Shown one piece after another: positions 9,375 through 18,433 of a stretch of 31,770 bases of DNA. The stretch comes from Planctomycetota bacterium (GTDB taxonomy: Bacteria > Planctomycetota > UBA1135). The DNA lies in assembly GCA_045047305.1 (NCBI GenBank), contig JASFYO010000018.1, positions 1 through 31,770 on the forward strand. The letters are read 5' to 3'. Position 1 is the stretch's first letter. Every line of letters starts with the position of its first letter. Both the position numbers and the translations under genes were made by a program. The notes under the pieces were generated by a model, which ran no database searches, was not told where the DNA came from, and saw only the letters and a program-made list of their open reading frames with translations.

Positions 9375-10505
9375 ATGCTCAATGTTGGCTTTGACATCCG
9401 CCCTGCGTTGTTCGACTACGCAGGCATCGGGCGCTACGTGCGTGAACTCGGTACCGCCCTCACCAAAATGGATGAGGGAGATGCTCCGTATTTGCAAATG
9501 TTCGCCCCCTCATGGCGCGGTGGGCGGCAGGTTCCGCCGGGACTAGAACCGCAGCGTCACAAAATGAACCTGGGATGGTTACCCGGCCGCGTGATGGACA
9601 AGCTCGCTTTGCTTCCAGGTATGGATGCCGGGCGCTTCCCCGCCAAGGTCGATGTCTTCCATTGGACCGATTACACCTACCCCACCGTGCGCAGTTCCGC
9701 CAAAGTGATGACTTTACATGATGCAGCCTTTGTTGCCGATCCAAAGTTCCACGGTTGGGATACTTCCATTTTGCTCGACCGCGTGCGCAAGGCCTTACGC
9801 GCCGCGGATCGAATTATCGTAGTTTCAGAGCCAGGTCGTTTCGACGCGGAATTACTCGGTGCGCCATCAGAGAAGGTTGTGGTGGTACCGCACGGAGTGA
9901 GCCCATATTTTCGCCCGCCAGAAAAGGAGCTTACGGATAGTGGATTCATTCTTACCGTAGGAACTTTGGAGCCGCGAAAGAATTACATCCGCAGTTTATG
10001 CGCCATGGAAAAAGCTTGGGATCGCGATCTTGCTCCGGATTGGGTGATTATCGGACAACCGGGTTGGGACTACGAAAAGTTCTTGAAGCGAATGGAGACC
10101 TCGCGTCATCGCAAGCGCATCCGTTGGGTGCAAAGCGTGACCGACACGGAATTGCTGCGCTATTACCAAGGTGCTCTGGCTTTGCTGTTCCCATCTCTGC
10201 ATGAAGGGTTTGGATTAGTCGTACTCGAAGCGATGGCTTGTGGCGCACCCGCTATCGTCGGGAACCAGACTGCGCCGGCCTGGGTTGCTGGGCACGCAGG
10301 TATGCGGGTAGATCCGAAATCGATTGATTCGATTGCTGAGGGCATCGAGCGCATGGTCTCCGAGAGCGCTTGGCGTAAGCAAGCTTCCGCGGTAGGCATC
10401 AAGCGCGCGAAGGGCTTTACTTGGGCAAAAGCTGCGGAGGAAACCGTCAAGGTCTATGAAGCTGCGGTTGCGGAGCACAAAGAGAATGCTGGAGTCATGG
10501 CATGA
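9375..10505 (+). CDS. Glycosyltransferase family 4 (GT-B fold)
   Basis: GIGRYV, TLHD, VGTLEPRKN and FPSLHEGFGLVVLEAMACG (EX7E) motifs. Confidence 0.95.
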   Translation: MLNVGFDIRPALFDYAGIGRYVRELGTALTKMDEGDAPYLQMFAPSWRGGRQVPPGLEPQRHKMNLGWLPGRVMDKLALLPGMDAGRFPAKVDVFHWTDYTYPTVRSSAKVMTLHDAAFVADPKFHGWDTSILLDRVRKALRAADRIIVVSEPGRFDAELLGAPSEKVVVVPHGVSPYFRPPEKELTDSGFILTVGTLEPRKNYIRSLCAMEKAWDRDLAPDWVIIGQPGWDYEKFLKRMETSRHRKRIRWVQSVTDTELLRYYQGALALLFPSLHEGFGLVVLEAMACGAPAIVGNQTAPAWVAGHAGMRVDPKSIDSIAEGIERMVSESAWRKQASAVGIKRAKGFTWAKAAEETVKVYEAAVAEHKENAGVMA

Positions 10506-10780
10506 TGGAGTCTTTACTTCTTCAGTTCACAACCAGTAATGTCTCTTTCCACTATGCCGGATTCGGGTTTGGTTTGGCAACCATCGGCCAACTCATCATC
10601 GGCGTGTTTTGCGCGATCGGCGTTGCCAATGCATGCCAAAAAATGGAAGTGCAAAACCGTGAGCCCCTCTTTGTGCCTCGCTTGGTTTGGATCATCGGAT
10701 CCTTCTTCACTGGTTTCGTAGGACTACTCATCTTTTGGCTGATGCATGAGTCCACCTTAAGCCGCAAAACCGAACTGTAG
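10502..10780 (+). CDS. Small two-TM membrane protein, unknown function
   Basis: ATGA overlap with the GT4 stop, two hydrophobic stretches, fills the gap up to the convergent gene. Confidence 0.7.
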   Translation: MMESLLLQFTTSNVSFHYAGFGFGLATIGQLIIGVFCAIGVANACQKMEVQNREPLFVPRLVWIIGSFFTGFVGLLIFWLMHESTLSRKTEL

Positions 10781-10783
10781 CGA

Positions 10784-12268
10784 TTAGTTTGGCGCCGGCA
10801 TCACAACCACCGGCGCAGCATGCAGACTGGGGTAGATTGTGATCTCACTTTTTTTGCTGGCGCTGCCTTGCACGGGCTCGGTCAAAGTAATCCGTATGGG
10901 TGCATGTGGGAGTCGGCAAGCGATTTCGCGCAAGCCTTCACCGTTGTAGAGGATGGTGTTCTCAGGGTTGTAGTTGAACCATGGTGGTGCTTGATTCCAA
11001 TCGTAAGCTCCGGCAGCGAGATCCTTTTCCACATGTGGATCTGAAAGTGTTTCAATCTGCACCCAGTAAGTATCTAAAACGCCGCCCTCCACTTTAATTA
11101 TTTGATGGAAGCGAGAAGGCCTTGGGACCACATGCTCGCCCAGGTTCACGCTCAGATCTTGCTTCTTCAACTCTGATTTGAGTAAAGGGACTTCCCAGGC
11201 AAAGGTCATGTCTTTCACCAAAGGCGGCTTGCGCCGACCGCTGTAAGTGAGATCAATCTTGTAGGCGCCTTCGATCAAACTAGGCAAAGTGTAAACCCCA
11301 TCTGCATTGGTAGTCGATGTGCAAACCAGGCTCTTTCCAGTTCCAAAGTCGCGAAAGCAAGCTACCTCTAACCCAGAAAATGCTGCGCCACTTTGATCCA
11401 CGATACGTCCAGTAAAACTTTTACTGCCTCGTGAAGCGCGCAAAGTCCCAAGGTTAATGCGTTGCCCCTCCAACAATGGCTGCATTGGGATTTCTGGGGG
11501 AATCAAGTTCCTTTGTTCCTTATCCCTCACCCTGTCAAGCTCGAATCGAATCGAAGCTGACCCAGGCGCTCGTGTGAAATATGCAAAGCGACCATTAGAA
11601 TCACAATGAATACTCCCTTCGTACCCAAATCCTTGCGGCTCAAATTCGAAGTCAAAAACCACGCGCGCCCCTGAGATCGGTGCCCCTTTTTCATCTAGTA
11701 ACTGCCCGGAAACAAGTCCTTTTTGATAAACCATCAAATCGAGTTTCCACTCCATTTGGGTGGACTGCTTTGGGATTTTGATAAAGAAAAAGCCTGGATA
11801 CCACGTATTCCCATCCAGCATTCTCCCTGTTGATACTGCTTGCGCATAACCCTTCGGGAGCGTTCCACCTTTGATAAGAACACCGTACTGAACACCACGT
11901 TCCACCTCGAACGAGTAGCCTCCCTCCTGTGTAGAAAGATCCGCGTGAATGGCTACAGCCTCTTCGTAGAGAGCCACAACCGCCTCCACCGTTTCGCCAG
12001 ACATTTGGTTCACAATATGCCCAGTGATCCTTGGCCAAGGTTCCTCGTCCTCGATTAGGGAGCCCGCATTCACTTGCGCCTCCACCACCGGCGACAACTC
12101 TCGCCTGACATCGGCGACTTCCGCTACATCCGATGCTGCAGAAATAACCTTGGCCATAGGAAGAGACGACCTTGTTTCCGCAGGGTCCTCCCCATCTTTT
12201 TGCAACAACACCAGCACAAACAAAGCGAGGAGGCCGATGAGAAGAAGGATTACGCGCCGTGCATGCAT
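10784..12268 (-). CDS. Membrane-anchored/exported protein with carboxypeptidase regulatory-like domains
   Basis: N-terminal RR plus hydrophobic anchor, repeats VSGQLLDEKGAPISGARV..CDSNGRF and FTGRIVDQSGAAFSG..TTNADGVYTLPSLIEGAYKI. Confidence 0.8.
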   Translation of the reverse strand: MHARRVILLLIGLLALFVLVLLQKDGEDPAETRSSLPMAKVISAASDVAEVADVRRELSPVVEAQVNAGSLIEDEEPWPRITGHIVNQMSGETVEAVVALYEEAVAIHADLSTQEGGYSFEVERGVQYGVLIKGGTLPKGYAQAVSTGRMLDGNTWYPGFFFIKIPKQSTQMEWKLDLMVYQKGLVSGQLLDEKGAPISGARVVFDFEFEPQGFGYEGSIHCDSNGRFAYFTRAPGSASIRFELDRVRDKEQRNLIPPEIPMQPLLEGQRINLGTLRASRGSKSFTGRIVDQSGAAFSGLEVACFRDFGTGKSLVCTSTTNADGVYTLPSLIEGAYKIDLTYSGRRKPPLVKDMTFAWEVPLLKSELKKQDLSVNLGEHVVPRPSRFHQIIKVEGGVLDTYWVQIETLSDPHVEKDLAAGAYDWNQAPPWFNYNPENTILYNGEGLREIACRLPHAPIRITLTEPVQGSASKKSEITIYPSLHAAPVVVMPAPN

Positions 12269-12297
12269 AACCCTGGCAGTCTAACTTATAGCGACTC

Positions 12298-12831
12298 TTA
12301 TAAAGATGATGAGAGGAAACGGATCCCCATCACCACGCCGTACATCACGCCAATGCCTAGGGCAAAAACCAGCAGCTGAATACCCATTGGCTGCTGACTG
12401 AGATCGCCGAAACCGCGGGAACGGCCGTCGCCGGTGACCTCTCTGCGTAGACGTGCACGTGCACGTTCGGTTTCCGACATTGAGGAAGCGCGTGCTTCAC
12501 TAGCTGTCACTGTTTCTCGTGCCACCGCACTCGGTTGCGCAACGGCTTGCGGATCCGGAGCATCGCCGATGACATCAAAGGCAACCGCCCCCATGGTGAC
12601 GAGGTCTCCAGGGCGCAGAAGGAAACGCTGCTTACGCAAACCGTTCTGAAAAATGCCGTTAGAAGAACCCAAGTCCACCAACTCTGCAGCGCGGCCCTTC
12701 CGCTCGATGGTTGCGTGGCGTCGGGAGATGCTGCCATCGTCTAGCTTCACGTCGCAGCTATTTAGGCGGCCGAACACCATGCCATCGACGAGGTCGAAGC
12801 TTTCTCCTGTTTCGCGGCGGCACAGTTCCAT
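12298..12831 (-). CDS. FHA domain protein with C-terminal transmembrane anchor
   Basis: FGR..CDV.LDDGSISRRHA..DLGSSNG has the conserved GR, SxxH and NG residues, followed by an Ala/Pro-rich linker and a C-terminal TM. Start at ATG 12831 avoids overlap with the divergent gene. Confidence 0.9.
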   Translation of the reverse strand: MELCRRETGESFDLVDGMVFGRLNSCDVKLDDGSISRRHATIERKGRAAELVDLGSSNGIFQNGLRKQRFLLRPGDLVTMGAVAFDVIGDAPDPQAVAQPSAVARETVTASEARASSMSETERARARLRREVTGDGRSRGFGDLSQQPMGIQLLVFALGIGVMYGVVMGIRFLSSSL

Positions 12832-12868
12832 GGCCCATACTTTAGCAGCGGTAAGATGATTACAACGC

Positions 12869-13477
12869 ATGTCTTCCTCTCCGGTCCTCAAAGTCGAACA
12901 ACTCTGCCTCGAGCGTGGCGGCCGACGCCTTACCGAGCCTCTGAACTTGGAATTGCGTCAGGGTGAACGCGGTTTAATCCACGGCGGCAATGGCAGTGGG
13001 AAAACCACCTTGATGGAGAGTTTGTGCGGACTACTGGCACTGACGGAAGGCAAAGTGGAACACCTCGGGAGCATTGGTTATGTGCCGCAGGAACCGCGCT
13101 TTCCTGACCACCTCACTTGCCGGGATTATTTACGTCAGCTTTATCAATTAAGCGGCCGTCCACGTGCACAGATGCAAGATGAAGTTTCGCGTGCGTTAGA
13201 GCAGTTCCAGTTACAGCCACATGCGATGGACAAGATTGGAAGCCTGTCACGGGGATGGCGGCAGCGCATGAACTTAGCTCGCGCTTGGCTAGGTCAACCG
13301 GAATTACTCTTGCTGGATGAGCCGCAAACTGCGCTTGATCCACAAGGCATGTCGGCTTTGCAAACGGCCATCGAGCAGGCGGTGCAGAGTGCGGTTTTAG
13401 TGGTTGCACCAGAAGGCGTCGGCTGCGACTTGATGGCACCCTTACTCACAAAGCTGAAGAAACCGGAGCAGGCATGA
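12869..13477 (+). CDS. ABC-type ATP-binding protein (short, degenerate H-switch)
   Basis: Walker A GGNGSGKTT, Q-loop YVPQ, signature LSRGW, Walker B LLLLDEP, D-loop ALDP. The expected His position reads VLVVAP. Confidence 0.9.
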   Translation: MSSSPVLKVEQLCLERGGRRLTEPLNLELRQGERGLIHGGNGSGKTTLMESLCGLLALTEGKVEHLGSIGYVPQEPRFPDHLTCRDYLRQLYQLSGRPRAQMQDEVSRALEQFQLQPHAMDKIGSLSRGWRQRMNLARAWLGQPELLLLDEPQTALDPQGMSALQTAIEQAVQSAVLVVAPEGVGCDLMAPLLTKLKKPEQA

Positions 13478-14523
13478 ATCCACTACTCCTCGGTTTTTTG
13501 CGCGAAGTCCTGCCCTGGCGATGGCAACTCTTTTTGGTAGTCGCGGTCTTTACCTTCGCATCCCTTAGCTTCGATGCTTCTCTCGGCGCTCACTCTCTCG
13601 GCACCTATCTTGCCTATTTGAGCGTCCTCCCCACCGTTTTGCTGTTTCGAGTTGGTGCGGTACTTGATTTGCGTGCGCAACAAGGTTGGCCACAGCAAGA
13701 GATTTTGCGCGATCGCTCAGGCCGCAAGGCCCCGCTTGTAGAAATATTAGCTTGCGCTGTTTTGCTTTGCTCCGTCCTTCTACTCGGACTTGCCCCACTC
13801 GCTACCGGCCTTTTCCCAATGCCAGAAGCATCCTCCGGGCTCTATCCTGTGCGGGTTCAATTTGAGACCCAGGAGGATGGCGCTGAGCTTTGGTTGTTCG
13901 ATCTAGGATCTAGAGTGCCAGAAAATGCTCGCCTGCAACTCACTTTGGATTGGAGCGAAGCCAGCGTAGATCCAACCTTAGCCAAAGTTCAATCTCCAGA
14001 GCGACAAGTGCAACCTATACCAGGGAAACTTTTACGCTGGGATTTATCCGCCGCAGAAGCACGAGTCGGCAAGCTGGTTTTACATGCAACTACAGGTTCG
14101 GGACTTCATTTGCGCAAGCATCTTTGCCGTCTAGAAATTCCTCGCCCAAACTCCAGCGCCCTACCCCGCCTTGTTGCGCATCAGTTTCTCTTTTTTCTCC
14201 CACTCTTCGCAATCTTGATCGCATGGTTCCGTTTTGGACGCATCAGCGGAAGCCTCAGCGCCATGACCGCCTTCACCATAGGTACCATCGCCGCCATGCA
14301 GGTTGAGCCTGTGGATCTTGGCAGCGGCCCCATGGCAGCGCTCGCAAAGATGCTGCTACTGTTCAAACTCAGCCTACCTCCGGTCGAAGGATTACTTGCC
14401 ACTGGGCAACGCTTCGACCGTCTCGCGGACACCACTCCACTCGCCAGCATCATCGCCTGGCTACTCATCGGCGCACTTGCCTTAGGGCTTGCTTGCCGTC
14501 GTCGGCCACCTCGCCACGGATGA
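13474..14523 (+). CDS. Multi-pass membrane protein with central soluble insert, probable ABC permease partner
   Basis: ATGA-coupled to the ATPase. About three N-terminal and three to four C-terminal hydrophobic segments flank a beta-rich soluble region. Confidence 0.7.
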   Translation: MNPLLLGFLREVLPWRWQLFLVVAVFTFASLSFDASLGAHSLGTYLAYLSVLPTVLLFRVGAVLDLRAQQGWPQQEILRDRSGRKAPLVEILACAVLLCSVLLLGLAPLATGLFPMPEASSGLYPVRVQFETQEDGAELWLFDLGSRVPENARLQLTLDWSEASVDPTLAKVQSPERQVQPIPGKLLRWDLSAAEARVGKLVLHATTGSGLHLRKHLCRLEIPRPNSSALPRLVAHQFLFFLPLFAILIAWFRFGRISGSLSAMTAFTIGTIAAMQVEPVDLGSGPMAALAKMLLLFKLSLPPVEGLLATGQRFDRLADTTPLASIIAWLLIGALALGLACRRRPPRHG

Positions 14524-15131
14524 GATTCAGCTTCCCATCCAGCACGCAATTTCTCGCATGCAGCCTCCTTGCCATAACTCTCGGTGGAGTTTTGCTCGGC
14601 ACGGTTCGCCCCCTCGGCGCGCGATCCTGGGACAGTTTGCAGGCCTGGTGGACCATGCGCCGCTTCCATCAGGCCGAGGCGGATTTGGATTTACCCGCCC
14701 TACTTGACCTTGGAAAGGAGTACCTGCAACTTACCGGTGAAGGCGACGTACTCGAATTTGCGATCTACCGTGTGGGCTATGGCGCCTCGGGCCCGTCCAA
14801 CAACCGCCTCCCCTCCGAAGCGCTTTTCTGGGCGCGCGCGGGAATTGAAGCTCTGAATGAAACCTTGAACATCCTGCCTGACCCTTGGGCTAGCCTTCAA
14901 ACACAATGCTATACGCTTGTCGAGAGAGTGTTTCCATTGACCCAAGACCCCAAGGACCTCTCCGCCGGCCTACGGGCCATGGAGGATCGTTTAGCCGCCG
15001 GCGGGGGATATGCAACTAGCTCGCCCGGCCTGTCCAAGCTTTATCGCCGCTATCTCTCGCTTTCTCCCGCAGAACGACAGCCCTTTCTCCTGCGCCGCCT
15101 AGATCGCCTGCTAATCCCTGAGGACGAGTAG
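14520..15131 (+). CDS. Membrane-anchored helical hypothetical protein (PilG/XapA-like by context)
   Basis: ATG 14520 makes an ATGA overlap with the upstream stop. N-terminal TM FLACSLLAITLGGVLLG followed by amphipathic helices. Confidence 0.65.
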   Translation: MRFSFPSSTQFLACSLLAITLGGVLLGTVRPLGARSWDSLQAWWTMRRFHQAEADLDLPALLDLGKEYLQLTGEGDVLEFAIYRVGYGASGPSNNRLPSEALFWARAGIEALNETLNILPDPWASLQTQCYTLVERVFPLTQDPKDLSAGLRAMEDRLAAGGGYATSSPGLSKLYRRYLSLSPAERQPFLLRRLDRLLIPEDE

Positions 15132-15157
15132 GCCTCCAGCTCCTACAATCCCCCTCG

Positions 15158-15802
15158 ATGGAATCGGTCCTCGACCACATGGCACAGAATCCCGAGCTAT
15201 GGGCATTCTTATTGCTTGTGGCCTGCGGAATCGGTTTACCCCCGTGGTCGGAAGAGCTCGTCATCCTTGGCTCCGGATATTTTGTTGCAGCGGGCGAACT
15301 TAGTTACTTTCACGCCGTAATCTGGTGCTGGGCCGGCATCCTTGCTGGCGATACGGTGATTTATGGACTTGGCCGTTTTGCGGGCGACCGGGTTTACAAC
15401 TGGCCGATCCTACGCAGCCATTTACGGCCGGCACGGCGTCGACGTTTTAATGCCAGCTTCTTAAAGCATGGCACCAAGGTTGTGTTCTTTGCACGCTTCC
15501 TACCCGGAGTGCGCATGGTGGCCTATTTAGTTGCCGGCAACTTAGGCATGAAGTACTGGAAGTTCGTCATGCTCGACTCCATCGGCGCAGCTTTAACCGT
15601 ACCTATTTCAGTCTTCCTTGGTTGGAAATTTGCCTCCAACCTCGACTATGTGTTGGAGGCTATGCACCGATATCGGATTCCTCTGCTAGTTTTTGGCGTC
15701 CTGGTGGTGCTGTTTGTCGTTCTCCGCATTGGCCGTTCTCGCAAAGAACGTTTCTTACGAATTTTGAATATGCGCAAAAAGCGCGACGCAAAAGACTCTT
15801 AG
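15158..15802 (+). CDS. DedA family membrane protein
   Basis: GIGLPPWSEELVILGSG, GDTVIYGLGR and FFARFLPGVR motifs. Confidence 0.93.
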   Translation: MESVLDHMAQNPELWAFLLLVACGIGLPPWSEELVILGSGYFVAAGELSYFHAVIWCWAGILAGDTVIYGLGRFAGDRVYNWPILRSHLRPARRRRFNASFLKHGTKVVFFARFLPGVRMVAYLVAGNLGMKYWKFVMLDSIGAALTVPISVFLGWKFASNLDYVLEAMHRYRIPLLVFGVLVVLFVVLRIGRSRKERFLRILNMRKKRDAKDS

Positions 15803-15822
15803 GGCAGACAGCTTTTCGCGTC

Positions 15823-16530
15823 TTACAAACTCTGCCCGCCGTCGACACGAAGAATGTTGCCAGTGAGATGCGCAGCCCCTTCTGAAACTAAATAACGCAC
15901 CGTGTCGGCAATATCTTGTGGCGTTCCAAGTCGGCCGGTGACCGTTTCCTTTCGCGCTGCAGCTGCGTACTGTTGCGGGATTTGCGCGGTCATTGGAGTT
16001 TCAATCCAACCAGGCTCAACCACATTTACCGTAACGCCCTTAGAACCTAATTCCTTAGCCAGGCTCTTAGCAAGGCCATGCAGACCGGACTTGCTTGCAG
16101 AGTAAGTGGTTTGCCCAAACTTGCCCCGAGTTCCGTTGATACTACCAATCAGGACGATGCGACCCCATTCCGCAGCACGCATGTGCGATGCCACCGCGCG
16201 CGCCTGCAACCATGCACCACGTAAATTCACCCCCATCACTGCATCGAAATCAGAGGCTTCTTGCTTCCAGATCGGCTTGTCACGCGTGATGCCTGCGCAA
16301 TGCACGAAAATGGTTGGCTGAAACTCTGCATGCAACTGCGTGACTGCTTCTTCCTTAGAAGTGTCGCTTTCAACCGCACGCACCTTGGGTCCACAAGTTT
16401 TGCATAAGGCGTCTGCCTCTACGCTTTGCCCAATATGGGTAAATACAACTTCATGACCAGCATCGTGTAAGGCGCAAACGACTGCGGCGCCAATGCCACC
16501 TGAACCTCCAGTCACTAAGGCGAGACTCAT
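15823..16530 (-). CDS. Short-chain dehydrogenase/reductase (FabG/PhaB-like 3-hydroxyacyl-CoA or 3-oxoacyl oxidoreductase)
   Basis: TGGSGGIG, AGITRD, GQTTYSASK (YxxxK), PGWIETPMT and VDGG motifs. ATG 16530 overlaps the dch stop (ATGA). Confidence 0.92.
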   Translation of the reverse strand: MSLALVTGGSGGIGAAVVCALHDAGHEVVFTHIGQSVEADALCKTCGPKVRAVESDTSKEEAVTQLHAEFQPTIFVHCAGITRDKPIWKQEASDFDAVMGVNLRGAWLQARAVASHMRAAEWGRIVLIGSINGTRGKFGQTTYSASKSGLHGLAKSLAKELGSKGVTVNVVEPGWIETPMTAQIPQQYAAAARKETVTGRLGTPQDIADTVRYLVSEGAAHLTGNILRVDGGQSL

Positions 16531-17309
16531 CGGTTTTTCCAAGTGGGCTTACGCTTGCCCATGAATGCCTGGATTCCTTCGACAGCATCTTCGGTATGCA
16601 TGAGTTCTTCCAAGTACTGCTTCTCCAGCTGCGGCAAGACTTCTGTCAACGCCCGCGTCCACGGCCAGCGTGATGCCTTTCGACCTTGCCTTAAAGCTGC
16701 AGCCGAATGTCGCAAAATGTTTTTCTCCGCCCAAGCCTGCACTCCCTGCGCGAGGGCCTGATCTCCGAGTTCGACATCGACGATCCCAAGTTGCACCGCC
16801 TCTTCATACTTCACAATACTTCCTGAAAGCAACATGGCAGCAGATCGGCTCGCATTCACGCGTAAAGGTAGAAGCGCAGAGCCCGCAGGAGGGAATACTC
16901 CGAGATTGATCTCAGGGCAACCAAGCTGCGCGGTGGAAGTTGCAGCGATGAGGTCGCAGCCAAGCGCTACTTCAAAGCCGCCACCGAGGCATCGGCCTTG
17001 CACAGCTGCCATCAGTGGTGGCAGGTACAGGTGATTCATGTCGCGCAGAAGGGCATGGAACTGCGGAAGCATGGCGCCAACTTGATCCGGCGTATGCTCG
17101 GGAACACTTGCCCCATAACTAAAGTGGCCTCCAGCACCTTTCAGCACTACAAGTTTTAGGTCGCCGTCGGCAGCTGCGGAAACCAGAAGCTCTCGCAGCC
17201 CGTTCATCAAAGCGCAGTCAACAATATTTGCTGGAGCTGGGCCAAACTCCAACATCAACACCGCACCATCACATAAGTGCGAAGTTGCGATGCGCGTGGC
17301 AAGTTCTAT
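16527..17309 (-). CDS. dch: Cyclohexa-1,5-diene-1-carbonyl-CoA hydratase (crotonase family)
   Basis: ANIVD, HFSYGASVPEH, GRCLGGGFE, PEINLGVFPP and YLEELMHTEDAVEGIQAF match Dch/BamR-type hydratases, and the operon context agrees. Start proposed at ATA 17309. The first canonical start is GTG 17261. Confidence 0.85.
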   Translation of the reverse strand: MELATRIATSHLCDGAVLMLEFGPAPANIVDCALMNGLRELLVSAAADGDLKLVVLKGAGGHFSYGASVPEHTPDQVGAMLPQFHALLRDMNHLYLPPLMAAVQGRCLGGGFEVALGCDLIAATSTAQLGCPEINLGVFPPAGSALLPLRVNASRSAAMLLSGSIVKYEEAVQLGIVDVELGDQALAQGVQAWAEKNILRHSAAALRQGRKASRWPWTRALTEVLPQLEKQYLEELMHTEDAVEGIQAFMGKRKPTWKNR

Positions 17310-18433
17310 TTTTCTTCCTCCCGATCCACGGCATGCGGTGCAGCCCGGCGAGAGAGGTTATCTCCATAACGCACACCTTCTGCCAACGCGCGACGCATTT
17401 CAATGAAGTTGGTTTCACGTTCTTCCCGCGGCGCACGGTTAAAGGTGCGGAAACCCATACGTCCTTCCGTCATCATGTTGAGGCCAAGCCACGCGCGATT
17501 CGATTCGCGGTTCTGATCCCAATGTTGCAACTTGTGCTTACGCAATTGCTCCAAGGTATAGGTGGTGCAATCAGGCATAGTTTGTGCCAACTTGCCACAC
17601 ATAAGTTCCACCGCTTCATCCAGCATCGAAAAATCGACCTCCGACGCTTTCATTTTCGCTTTCCCTGTTTCGAAAGCTTCGCCAGTGAGTGGCTTGCCGT
17701 ATAGCGGACGCCCATAGAGATCGGTGGTGAACTCGGTGTGCACCATAGGATTCGCGATGAAGGTTCCATCGTATTTCAGCACTGGAGTAATTTCATTGAT
17801 GAGTCCAATGTTGAGTGCTGCATGGGCAGTCCAGGTTTCACAAAGTGTGCAAGATTCAATCGCGCGCGTGATGCCAACGAAGATTGGCAGCAAATCGGTC
17901 GAACCACCGACCGGGGCAGAGCCATGCTTCGGTCCTGCTTGACCGAACCGAGCGGTGTCTGCCGCAACGGTGAAATCACAAGCCATGCCGATTTCTTGAC
18001 CGCCACCGATGCGCATTCCGTTCACCCGGTTGATCACCGGCTTATCGCATTCCATGAGCGCAGAAACCCCGTCGTTGAACAAACGCATGTAGCGCCGATA
18101 CTCATCTGGGCGGCCAGAGTAATGATCGCTGTATTCGGCAGTATTGCCACCGGTGCAGAAAGCTTTGTCACCTACTGCGGTAAACACCACTGCAACCACA
18201 TCGCGTTCATTGCTTGCCTTACGGATAGCAAGAATCAACTCTGCCATTGCGCGGGTGGTGTATGAGTTGTACTGCTTTGGATTATCCAGCCAAATCCAAA
18301 CATTGAAAAGATCGTCTACTTGGGTGCCATCGGGCAGAATCAAGGGACGTTTTTCATAACGAATTTCAGTGAACTCGTAGCCAGGCGCAAGTTCGTGGTC
18401 GGCAAACAAAGTAGGGTCGGCGGTGATGCTCAT
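17306..18433 (-). CDS. oah: 6-oxocyclohex-1-ene-1-carbonyl-CoA hydrolase (ring-opening, BamA/Oah/BzdY)
   Basis: Signature segments LDNPKQYNSYTT, AFCTGGNT.EY, VNGMRIGGGQEIGMACDF, GQAGPKHGSAPVGGSTD and NRAWLGLNMMTE. 375 aa. Confidence 0.96.
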   Translation of the reverse strand: MSITADPTLFADHELAPGYEFTEIRYEKRPLILPDGTQVDDLFNVWIWLDNPKQYNSYTTRAMAELILAIRKASNERDVVAVVFTAVGDKAFCTGGNTAEYSDHYSGRPDEYRRYMRLFNDGVSALMECDKPVINRVNGMRIGGGQEIGMACDFTVAADTARFGQAGPKHGSAPVGGSTDLLPIFVGITRAIESCTLCETWTAHAALNIGLINEITPVLKYDGTFIANPMVHTEFTTDLYGRPLYGKPLTGEAFETGKAKMKASEVDFSMLDEAVELMCGKLAQTMPDCTTYTLEQLRKHKLQHWDQNRESNRAWLGLNMMTEGRMGFRTFNRAPREERETNFIEMRRALAEGVRYGDNLSRRAAPHAVDREEEK

